In this document: positions 1 through 6,888 of the stretch, one piece after another
Layout: the number at the start of each line of letters is the position of its first letter
Position numbering within the stretch: position 1 is the first letter of the stretch
NCBI GenBank assembly: GCA_017609985.1
Contig: JAFCCW010000015.1
Span: forward strand, 18,773-28,836
Source of the DNA: Candidatus Iainarchaeum sp.
GTDB lineage: Archaea > Iainarchaeota > Iainarchaeia > Iainarchaeales > JAFCCW01
Direction: 5' to 3'
DNA: 10,064 bases
The notes under the pieces: model-generated
What the model was told of the DNA's origin: nothing
Databases searched by the model: none
What the model saw: only the letters and a program-made list of their open reading frames with translations
Position numbers and translations under genes: made by a program

Positions 1-990
1 TTGAACAATGCAACAATGGTAATGTTTGAGGGTGCTCCTGACTATCCTGACGCAGGCAGATGGTGGAAAACAATTGAAGAGCAAGGAGTAACAGTTTTTT
101 ACACTGCTCCGACTGCAATCAGAATGTTCATCAAGTTCGGAGACGACTTTCCAAAAAAGTATGATCTCTCTTCTCTAAGAGTTCTTGGAACTGTTGGAGA
201 GCCGATTGATGAAGAAGCCTGGATGTGGTACTTTAATTTGATTGGGGGTGGAAGATGTCCAATTGTTGACACATGGTGGCAGACTGAAACAGGCGCAACA
301 GTAATCAATGCGCTTGCAGGAGTTGGGCCATTTATTCCAACTGTTGCCGGCCCATCAATTCCGGGAACAGAATTCAAAATCCTTGACGAAGAGGGAAACA
401 AAGTAGAGGATGGTGAAACAGGTTATCTTGTTCAGGTTCCTCCTCTAGTGCCTGGAATGCTTCGCGGTGTCTGGGGTGATGAGGAAAGATATCTCAGCAC
501 TTACTGGGCGGAGTATGACAACAAGTTTTATGTCACTAGCGACGGAGCTTTCAAAGACAAACTTGGAAACTTTAGAATAACCGGCAGAGTTGACGATGTG
601 CTCAAAGTTGCTGGGCACAGAATGTCAACTGCAGAGGTTGAGAATGCATTGAATTCGCACAAGTTCGTGCGAGAGTCAGCTGTTGTTTCTCGCCCTGACA
701 AAATAAAGGGTGAAGTGCCAATAGCATTTGTCATGCTTTCCGGGGGGGAAGCAGGTGACGAGCTCAAAAAAGAGCTTGTAAAGCATGTTGACAAGGAAAT
801 TGGGCCGACAGCAAGGCCTGCGGAAATATACTTTGTTGAAGATGTTCCAAAGACCCGTTCCGGCAAGATAATGAGAAGAATTCTCAAAAAGCTTGCAAGA
901 GGCGAGGAGGATCTGGGAAACACAATGACTCTGCAGAACCCAGAGTGCGTTGACCATCTCAAAGAAACAGTACTTCCAAAAGAAGAGTGA
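1..990 (+). CDS. acs: Acetyl-CoA synthetase (AMP-forming acetate--CoA ligase), 5'-truncated by the window edge
   Basis: Acs motifs FYTAPTAIRM, LGTVGEPI, CPIVDTWWQTETG, ITGRVDDVLKVAGHR and the A10 motif PKTRSGKIMRR. The frame is open from base 1, so the real start lies upstream of the window. Stop TGA at 988-990. Confidence 0.93.
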   Translation: MNNATMVMFEGAPDYPDAGRWWKTIEEQGVTVFYTAPTAIRMFIKFGDDFPKKYDLSSLRVLGTVGEPIDEEAWMWYFNLIGGGRCPIVDTWWQTETGATVINALAGVGPFIPTVAGPSIPGTEFKILDEEGNKVEDGETGYLVQVPPLVPGMLRGVWGDEERYLSTYWAEYDNKFYVTSDGAFKDKLGNFRITGRVDDVLKVAGHRMSTAEVENALNSHKFVRESAVVSRPDKIKGEVPIAFVMLSGGEAGDELKKELVKHVDKEIGPTARPAEIYFVEDVPKTRSGKIMRRILKKLARGEEDLGNTMTLQNPECVDHLKETVLPKEE

Positions 991-1037
991 AACCCTAGCT
1001 GGTTTCCTTTTTTTCTATTTTTTTTATTTTATTTTTC
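989..1037 (+). terminator. Putative terminator of acs: short hairpin followed by long oligo-T tracts
   Basis: GAAACC (989-994), loop CTAGCT, GGTTTC (1001-1006), then T7 (1008-1014) and further T-runs to about 1037, in the convergent acs/top6A gap. Confidence 0.65.
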
Positions 1038-1046
1038 TAAACAGTG

Positions 1047-2186
1047 CTACGGCAAAAACTGTTTTTTCTTAATCTTCTTCGGCAGGTACTCGGTTGCCAC
1101 AAACTCTAATGACTTGTTTGCAAGAGCCTGTTGTTCTATCCTGATTTTTTGGGTTAAGGCTTTTTTCAGCTGTTCCTGCCATTCCTTGTTTTGGAACCAG
1201 GGATAAGCCATCATTTCTTTTGCTCGTTTGATATCTCCGTCCTTCATTCTTTCTGTCACGTTTTCAAGACCGTATTCTTTGACATCGTCAAGAGTCATTC
1301 CAACATACTTTGCTTCAGGGCAGGCTAAGTAATCAGAGTGCGCTGCCAAAGCCATTGAACCCTGTTTTATTACGCTGTAGATGTACCAGCCGTAAGGGTC
1401 TCCGTCTGTGAACACTATTACCGGCAGTTTTGCTTCAGTGTGCAGCCTGTGAACAAGTCTCCTTGTTCCCCGTGCTGCCTGCCCACCGGTTCCGACAAGA
1501 ATTGCTTTTTGTTTTTTTGCAAATCCTTCCTCTATTAGCCTTTCGTACATTGCAGCTGTTTCAATCACTAGAACATATTTTGCATTGACTTTTTTTATCT
1601 CAATCTCGTCCGGCTCTATTCTGCTCATTATGCTCCATCCGCCTCTTCCAAGCTTCAGTGCATTGAATATGTCGTTGTTGTGAACTTTGTCTCTTAGGGT
1701 TACGTCTCCGTACAGGGTTCCCTTTGGGTTTGCATGAAGATTTAGTTTTTCCCTGATTGTGTCAACAGAGTGCTCTAAGTCAACTATGCAGCCGTCGCTT
1801 TCTCCCTGGTCTTCAAAAGTGTTTTCTTTGCTGGTTCCAAGAGTGTGTTTTAATTCGTAATAAATTTCACGAATGCTTGCTGTCTTGTTTTCTTTCAAAT
1901 AGTCTCTTGTTTTTGATGAAACAAGCATTGTCTGCATAAATTTTCTAGCATGTCCAATGTTTAGAAAGTTTCTCTCTGTTTCTTTATCTCCCAATCTAAG
2001 AAGGCCTTTTTTTTCATCAAATTCTACATTTGATTTTCCTCTTTGCTGTGTAACAAAAGTTGGGTCTTTTTTTGTTTCGATTTCTTTGACAATTGAGCCT
2101 GCACTTTGCTCAATTCTTTTTGCAATCTCTTTTGGTGTCTCAGTTGTTTTGTCTCTTTTCCTTGATTTTTTTTCTGCTGCAGCCAT
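1047..2186 (-). CDS. top6A: DNA topoisomerase VI subunit A (Spo11 family)
   Basis: Winged-helix catalytic Tyr motif SIREIYY, Toprim Glu in VLVIETAAMY, DxD motif FTDGDPYG, and C-terminal RIEQQAL. The ATG overlaps the top6B stop (TAATG), with GGAG about 10 nt upstream. Confidence 0.96.
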   Translation of the reverse strand: MAAAEKKSRKRDKTTETPKEIAKRIEQSAGSIVKEIETKKDPTFVTQQRGKSNVEFDEKKGLLRLGDKETERNFLNIGHARKFMQTMLVSSKTRDYLKENKTASIREIYYELKHTLGTSKENTFEDQGESDGCIVDLEHSVDTIREKLNLHANPKGTLYGDVTLRDKVHNNDIFNALKLGRGGWSIMSRIEPDEIEIKKVNAKYVLVIETAAMYERLIEEGFAKKQKAILVGTGGQAARGTRRLVHRLHTEAKLPVIVFTDGDPYGWYIYSVIKQGSMALAAHSDYLACPEAKYVGMTLDDVKEYGLENVTERMKDGDIKRAKEMMAYPWFQNKEWQEQLKKALTQKIRIEQQALANKSLEFVATEYLPKKIKKKQFLP

Positions 2187-3874
2187 TATTCTTCAGCTCC
2201 CTTCTTTTTCTTGCTCTTTTTTTTGTTTTCTTTTGTTTCTTCTTTTTCTTGTTCATCCAAGCTTCCGTTTTTTACTTCTTCTGCTTCCATTTCCGCAGCA
2301 TCTTTTGCTTCTTCAAGTTTTAGCTTTTCAAGAACAAGTTTTTCTAGCTGGTTTTTCAGCTTTTCTTCGTTCTTTTTTGTAATTCTTGAAAGAGCGCCTG
2401 CAACCTCTGGAATATATTTGTAAAACATTTCTCGCTTCATTTGCTTTTCTTTTTCTTTTCTCTTTCTGGAAATGTACATTCCTGTTTTTCTTCCAGACTG
2501 CATTAACGCAAGCCTTACTTCTTCCATTACTTCGTCTTCGTCAGCAATAGCCTGCTTTCCTGCTCCAGTGTATGGGATGTGAACAGAAATAAAATTTACT
2601 AGAATTGTCAATGGAGCTGTTTCCAAATCCCTTAGCCCGTATCTTTTCCAGTCAACGCTGTGAACTGCTTTTGTGATTGCACAGTTTCCTTGGTCAAACA
2701 ACAGGGGAGCACGGTTTGCAAACCGCATTATTTCCATTCTCATTTCTCCTGAAGAAATTTGTCTTCCTGCGTTCCCGCCGTAAGCAATTGCTATTTCTAT
2801 CTGGAATGGAAATCCGCCTGCATAGACCTGTGGTTTTCTTGTGTTAACTGTTAAGAATTCTGGGTGAACAATGCTTTCCAAAGAACCCTTTATTTGTGCT
2901 TCTCCAATCGGGCTTAGTGCGTCAAGAGTTGGAGCAATAAAGTCAATTTCTCTGAATGCCTTGACGATTTCTTCTGATTCGTGCCAGGACATTTGTTTTG
3001 GGTCTTTTTTGAGGTCAAAGCTTGTTCTCTTTGCAACCTCTTCCAGTCCCTTGTTTCCCATTCTGTCAAAATCCTTTTTTAGGAAAGAATTCACATTTCT
3101 TGACTTAGTGTATTTTGAAAGAGTAATCAGTTCATCAACAGTGATTCCTTTGGGATGAGGCTTTACTTCTTTTGGTGGTTTTGGAATCTTGTTAAGTGTT
3201 CTCTTAAAGTTGTAACTTTTTCCTTCAGGGTCTCTGAATTTTATTTGAGCGTGAGGATTTGCAATAGCAGTTCTTCTCAGATATTCAAGTGGCCCTTGTT
3301 CACTGTCTCTGTACAGAACGTCTTTGAATTTTGCCTGAATTGCCAGTCCCCTGAATTCTTTGTCAATCTTTTTTAAGTCAGTTATTTTTGGGCTGTTGTG
3401 TTTTGGGTCAATTGAAATTTTTAGTGAAATCGGTTTGCTTTTTCCTGTGCCGGTAATCACTTTTGTTGGGTTTCCAGTTGTTGTCTGGCTTAGCATAGTG
3501 CATCCTGCTGAGCCTATTCCTTGCTGTCCCCTCATTTGCATCATTCTGTGAAACTTTGTTCCTGCAAGAAGCTGGCCCAGTGCTTTTCCAACTGTTGCCT
3601 CTGTCAGTCCAGGGCCGTTGTCTTTGACTGTTACTTCATAGTATTCGCTTCCTAATTCATCAATCTTTACTTCAATGTCTGGGAGAATATTCGATTCTTC
3701 ACAAGCATCAAGTGAGTTGCTCACGTATTCGTGGATAACTGTTGTAAGTGTTCTAACCTTTCCATACAATCCAAGCATTTGCTTGTTTTTTTTAAAAAAT
3801 TCTGCTACTGAGTGCTCTTTGAATTCTTTTGCAAGCTCTTCTGCACCAACTGGTTTTATTTTTTCTTCTGTCAT
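2186..3874 (-). CDS. top6B: DNA topoisomerase VI subunit B (GHKL ATPase)
   Basis: GHKL motifs HEYVSNSLDA, DNGPG and GTKF..RGQQGIG, plus transducer motifs RFANRAPLLFD and PYTGAGKQ. Start moved from the ORF track's 3898 to ATG 3874 (MTEEK, 562 aa) because AAGGTGA lies just upstream and this removes the overlap with the KH gene. Confidence 0.95.
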   Translation of the reverse strand: MTEEKIKPVGAEELAKEFKEHSVAEFFKKNKQMLGLYGKVRTLTTVIHEYVSNSLDACEESNILPDIEVKIDELGSEYYEVTVKDNGPGLTEATVGKALGQLLAGTKFHRMMQMRGQQGIGSAGCTMLSQTTTGNPTKVITGTGKSKPISLKISIDPKHNSPKITDLKKIDKEFRGLAIQAKFKDVLYRDSEQGPLEYLRRTAIANPHAQIKFRDPEGKSYNFKRTLNKIPKPPKEVKPHPKGITVDELITLSKYTKSRNVNSFLKKDFDRMGNKGLEEVAKRTSFDLKKDPKQMSWHESEEIVKAFREIDFIAPTLDALSPIGEAQIKGSLESIVHPEFLTVNTRKPQVYAGGFPFQIEIAIAYGGNAGRQISSGEMRMEIMRFANRAPLLFDQGNCAITKAVHSVDWKRYGLRDLETAPLTILVNFISVHIPYTGAGKQAIADEDEVMEEVRLALMQSGRKTGMYISRKRKEKEKQMKREMFYKYIPEVAGALSRITKKNEEKLKNQLEKLVLEKLKLEEAKDAAEMEAEEVKNGSLDEQEKEETKENKKKSKKKKGAEE

Positions 3875-3878
3875 CTTT

Positions 3879-3885
3879 TCACCTT
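3879..3885 (-). promoter_or_regulatory. Shine-Dalgarno site of top6B
   Basis: The minus strand reads TAATGAAGGTGAAAAGATG. AAGGTGA matches the archaeal GGAGGTGA consensus, 4 nt before the ATG. Confidence 0.75.
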
Positions 3886-3887
3886 CA

Positions 3888-4415
3888 TTAAATTTCAAAC
3901 TTTTTCACTTGTTTTCTATCCATTAAACTAAATGCTGTTCCATGTTTTGCTCCTCCAAGAAGCATTTCGATTGCAGTTTTTGCTTTTTCAATACTGTTTC
4001 CTTTTCCAATTATTGCAATTGTTTTTCCTTGCACTGAAATTTTTGTTCTAGTCTTGTTTTCAAGTTTTTCCCTTGATCTTCCCTCGGTTCCAATAATTCT
4101 TCCTCTTTTTGCCTTCAGCAAGGAGTCATTGTCTCCAATATAGTCTGAAATTTTCATTATCTCAAGCAGTATTTCGTCTTCTAAAAGCAAAAAAGCATTT
4201 TCTGGCGAAAATCCCCGCGCGATTGCTTTGATGATGTTAATTGCATTATAAAAACTTATTGCGTTTTTTTCCTTGCCTTCAACTAAAACCTCGCCTTCTT
4301 CACTGTCAATCTCGATTCTGGTTTTTGTCTTGGACTCGATTTCTCGCTTGGTTTTGCCGGATTTTCCAATCAAAACAGCAATTCTTGACTCTGGAATCAG
4401 TATACTTTCCTGCAA
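3888..4415 (-). CDS. KH-domain RNA-binding protein, archaeal Dim2/Pno1 (KRR1-like) pre-rRNA processing factor
   Basis: Two KH GxxG loops (VLIGKSG, RIIGTEG) and family motifs AIARGFSPE and AIEMLLGGAKHG. It lies directly downstream of rio1, as is usual in archaea. Start is TTG 4415 (AAGGTG 6 nt upstream) or GTG 4424. Confidence 0.9.
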   Translation of the reverse strand: MQESILIPESRIAVLIGKSGKTKREIESKTKTRIEIDSEEGEVLVEGKEKNAISFYNAINIIKAIARGFSPENAFLLLEDEILLEIMKISDYIGDNDSLLKAKRGRIIGTEGRSREKLENKTRTKISVQGKTIAIIGKGNSIEKAKTAIEMLLGGAKHGTAFSLMDRKQVKKFEI

Positions 4416-4424
4416 AAAGAGCAC

Positions 4425-4460
4425 CTTATATTATATATTATAAGTATATATTAAATAACT
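4425..4460 (-). promoter_or_regulatory. Putative internal promoter for dim2-top6B-top6A with an overlapping AT-rich palindrome
   Basis: TATA-like TTTAATAT at 4455-4448 on the minus strand, and a near-perfect 20-bp palindrome at 4425-4444. Confidence 0.5.
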
Positions 4461-4469
4461 TCTGCCTTC

Positions 4470-5222
4470 TCAGACTTTTCCTTTTCTCTGCTTTATTTCT
4501 TCGTAAAGCTCTTCAAACCCTGTTTTTTCCCCTATTTTATTGAGAAAAGAAGCAATATTTCTCACGTCTCTTTCAAAGAATTCTTTTGCCATTGGATGGC
4601 TTGTGAGAACTGCCTGCCCAACATCTATAACTACAAATCCATCGCCAGTATTCAAGATATTGTATTCTGACAGGTCGGCATGTATTATTTCGCCTTTGAA
4701 AAGCGTTTTTGCCATAAAAGCAACTATTTCTTTGTGGAATTTTGCAGAGTCTTCTGGTGGTTTTTCTTTAAGAAGAGGGTATTTTTTTCCGTTTTCTCCT
4801 AAAAATTCCATTGCAAGAACATTGTTTTTGAAAGCTATTGGAACAGGAACTCTAACCCCTATTCTGTTCATCAGGGACAGGTTTCTGAATTCCTTTCTTG
4901 TCCAAGCGTAAACTAGGTCGCGCTTGTTTTTTCTGACGTTTTTGAATCTTATGTCTCCCTCGATGTATTTTGACATTGTGTTGAAGTCGCTTGCTTCTAT
5001 TTTGTAGATTTTGACTGCAACATTGTTTCCTGCTTTGTCTATCCCTCTGAAGACATGTGCTTCTTTTCCTGTGGATACAACATGTTCTATTCCGTCAATA
5101 AATCCCTTTGTTGCAAGCTCGTGCACACTCTCTATTGCTGTTGAATCAAAAACTTCTTCAAAAACTCTCTTGCTTTCGCTGTCCTTTACATAATTTCTAA
5201 TTGTTAATTCTTCCTTTTTCAT
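4470..5222 (-). CDS. rio1: RIO1-family atypical serine kinase/ATPase (small-subunit maturation)
   Basis: RIO1-type P-loop STGKEA, VAVKIY lysine, catalytic loop IHADLSEYNIL, metal-binding IDVGQAV and C-terminal HPMA..F.ERD. Confidence 0.95.
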   Translation of the reverse strand: MKKEELTIRNYVKDSESKRVFEEVFDSTAIESVHELATKGFIDGIEHVVSTGKEAHVFRGIDKAGNNVAVKIYKIEASDFNTMSKYIEGDIRFKNVRKNKRDLVYAWTRKEFRNLSLMNRIGVRVPVPIAFKNNVLAMEFLGENGKKYPLLKEKPPEDSAKFHKEIVAFMAKTLFKGEIIHADLSEYNILNTGDGFVVIDVGQAVLTSHPMAKEFFERDVRNIASFLNKIGEKTGFEELYEEIKQRKGKV

Positions 5223-5242
5223 TACAAAAATAGGTGTTCGAC

Positions 5243-5260
5243 TTTATTTAAAGGCTTTCT
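5243..5260 (-). promoter_or_regulatory. Archaeal BRE/TATA promoter for rio1 (probably a leaderless transcript)
   Basis: Minus strand AGAAAGCC-TTTAAATA (TATA at 5252-5245). The first T is 30 nt before ATG 5222, and no SD precedes the ATG. Confidence 0.6.
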
Positions 5261-5571
5261 TACTTGTCGTAATGAAGGCCTTCCAAGAGTCCTTTTCTTT
5301 TTAGATAGTTTGCCTGGTTTGGCAGGTATCTCCATGCAAGATCTCCCTTGCTTGGCTGAAAATCCCAAAGCTTTACAATAACCAGGTCGCCTTCTCTGAC
5401 CCAAACTCTTTTTCTCATTTTTCCTGGGATTCGAATAATACGTAATTCTCCGTCCTGGCACTGAACCCGTAACTGTAGTCCGCCGAGTCTCTCATTAACT
5501 ATGCCCCATTGTTCTCCGTCTTCTTTTCTAATCATTCTTACTCTGCCAATGTCTTCCTGTTCTTCTACCAA
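5260..5571 (-). CDS. eif1a: Translation initiation factor aIF-1A
   Basis: OB-fold signature RLGG..LRVQCQDGELRIIRIPGKMRKRVWVREGDLVIV..WDFQ..KGDL.WRY. TTG start with SD GAGGTG at 5582-5577. Confidence 0.95.
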   Translation of the reverse strand: MVEEQEDIGRVRMIRKEDGEQWGIVNERLGGLQLRVQCQDGELRIIRIPGKMRKRVWVREGDLVIVKLWDFQPSKGDLAWRYLPNQANYLKRKGLLEGLHYDK

Positions 5572-5586
5572 TAAAACACCTCTTTT

Positions 5587-5883
5587 TTAAAGCCTATAAA
5601 TCTGAACATGGGGAATTCCAGCAATCATTTTTGCTCTTCCCTCTTCAATAATTCCTTCTTCTACTGCGATTCTCACAACCTTTTCTCCAACAAGGTTTAT
5701 GTTTGCATGCTCTTTTAGTGCTTTTGCAAGCTCTTTTCTTTCCGCTGTCTTGCCTGCATAAAAACTCTCAGTTACTTCAAAACAGATTTTTTCGTCTTCC
5801 AATGTTTTTCCGAGTATTTCTTTGTCGCAGGCTGCAAGAACTTCCCTGCTTTCAGAACCGTGAATTTTTAAAAGAATCAGCAT
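5587..5883 (-). CDS. DUF424-family protein (function unknown)
   Basis: Family pattern LKIH....VLAACD.EILGK......F.V.ESFY.G ... NLVGEKVV..A...G ... IAGIPHVQI. Purine-rich AGGGGGA precedes the ATG. Confidence 0.88.
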   Translation of the reverse strand: MLILLKIHGSESREVLAACDKEILGKTLEDEKICFEVTESFYAGKTAERKELAKALKEHANINLVGEKVVRIAVEEGIIEEGRAKMIAGIPHVQIYRL

Positions 5884-5889
5884 TCCCCC

Positions 5890-6303
5890 TTAAAGTCCCT
5901 TCACAGCACTTAAAGCACCGCACGCCTCGCATTTCAGCATCTTGACTCCGCTTTTTTCAACAGCCTTTGTATCTGGCTTGCCGCATTCGGGACAGAGAAT
6001 AAATTGCTTAATATAATCTTCAAAAATTTTTTGAACCTGGTGACTTCCCATTTTTCTGTTCAAATAAAGCCTTTCCTCTTTTACTCCTGCAGAGGTTCCG
6101 GTTTCCTTTGTAATAAACTTGAGCAAGTGCCTTTCGTTTGCATTAACCTGCTTGACTATTTGCAAATAGTTTTTGACAATAGTCTTGCTTCCCTGAACAA
6201 GGGATTCTGCAGTCGGCATCTCAAATCTTTCCCCAGACTTGCTTTTATCCGGCAAACCCATGTAAAGCCTGTCAACCATTTTGTCGTAATCCATTTCAGC
6301 CAT
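5890..6303 (-). CDS. eif2b: Translation initiation factor aIF-2 subunit beta
   Basis: N-terminal Y..MVDRLY..LP, ERFEMP, GSKTIVKN and a C-terminal zinc ribbon CPECGKPDT...LKCEACGA. The 137 aa length is typical of archaeal aIF-2beta. Confidence 0.95.
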   Translation of the reverse strand: MAEMDYDKMVDRLYMGLPDKSKSGERFEMPTAESLVQGSKTIVKNYLQIVKQVNANERHLLKFITKETGTSAGVKEERLYLNRKMGSHQVQKIFEDYIKQFILCPECGKPDTKAVEKSGVKMLKCEACGALSAVKGL

Positions 6304-6317
6304 ACTATTAATTGGGC

Positions 6318-6343
6318 GAGTAAAACTATTTAAAGCTGTTCAA
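6318..6343. promoter_or_regulatory. Divergent promoter region with a single palindromic TATA core (TTTAAA 6329-6334)
   Basis: 60-bp gap between divergent genes. The minus strand reads TTTAAATA starting 31 nt before the aIF-2beta ATG. The plus strand reads GTAAAACTA-TTTAAAG, with the TATA starting 35 nt before the DedA ATG. Confidence 0.55.
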
Positions 6344-6363
6344 TTCTTTATATTGCGTTCAAT

Positions 6364-6885
6364 ATGATTGTGGAATCCTTGCTTGCTTTTATTAATAACC
6401 TTGTTGTTCAGTTTGGATTGCTTGGCTTGTTCGTTGCAGCAATCATCGCAAACGCGTCTCTCTTTCTTCCGGTTCCGATTGACATAACCGTGCTTGGCTT
6501 TGGAGCAGTTGACTTCACCGGCTTTGGCATCTTTCACCCGTTAATTCTTGGAATAGTTGTCGGCGGGGGAGCTGCAATCGGCGAAATGTCTGGCTACATC
6601 CTTGGATTGTTTGGAATGAAGGGGCTGGAGCGTTTTTCAAAGGGCGAGATTGAGCGAGTTTCAAGCCTGCGAGGCAGGATAAAGAGAAGGGGAATGGTTT
6701 TTATTTTTCTTGGAGCAATCACTCCGTTTCCGTTTGACTTAATTGGCATAGCGGCTGGTTTGATAAAATATGATTGGAGAAAGTTTTTTCTTGCCGCGCT
6801 TGCAGGAAAGGTGTTGAGATATCTTGCAATTTCTTATGCTGGGTATTTTGGAATCGGGCTTGTGAGAGTATTGTTTGGTTTTTAG
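6364..6885 (+). CDS. DedA/VTT-domain (SNARE-associated, YqaA-like) membrane protein
   Basis: Hydrophobic 173 aa with re-entrant-helix motifs SLFLPVPID and ITPFPFD, GAAIGEMSGY.LG, and AAGL.KY.W.KFFLA.LAGK..RY, all typical of the DedA superfamily. Confidence 0.85.
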   Translation: MIVESLLAFINNLVVQFGLLGLFVAAIIANASLFLPVPIDITVLGFGAVDFTGFGIFHPLILGIVVGGGAAIGEMSGYILGLFGMKGLERFSKGEIERVSSLRGRIKRRGMVFIFLGAITPFPFDLIGIAAGLIKYDWRKFFLAALAGKVLRYLAISYAGYFGIGLVRVLFGF

Positions 6886-6888
6886 TTT

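Noticed and set aside
99-962. Antisense ORFs 99..401, 528..962 and 676..957 within acs
   Set aside because: Shadow ORFs opposite a well-conserved gene, with Ser/Phe-rich composition and no family motifs.
3875-3898. N-terminal extension of top6B in the ORF track (MKFNEGEK)
   Set aside because: It overlaps the dim2 stop and contains the SD for ATG 3874.
1757-5193. Plus-strand ORFs opposite top6A, top6B, dim2 and rio1, including the hydrophobic-looking 1957..2382, 2093..2323 and 2211..2423
   Set aside because: Their Phe/Leu/Ser richness is the reverse complement of Lys/Glu codons in the real genes. They have no recognisable motifs.
5222-5461. 79-aa basic ORF overlapping aIF-1A in another frame, with its TAA overlapping the rio1 ATG
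   Set aside because: It lies mostly inside a conserved gene, has a GTG start without an SD and shows no recognisable family. The TAATG overlap is probably chance because rio1 has its own TATA.
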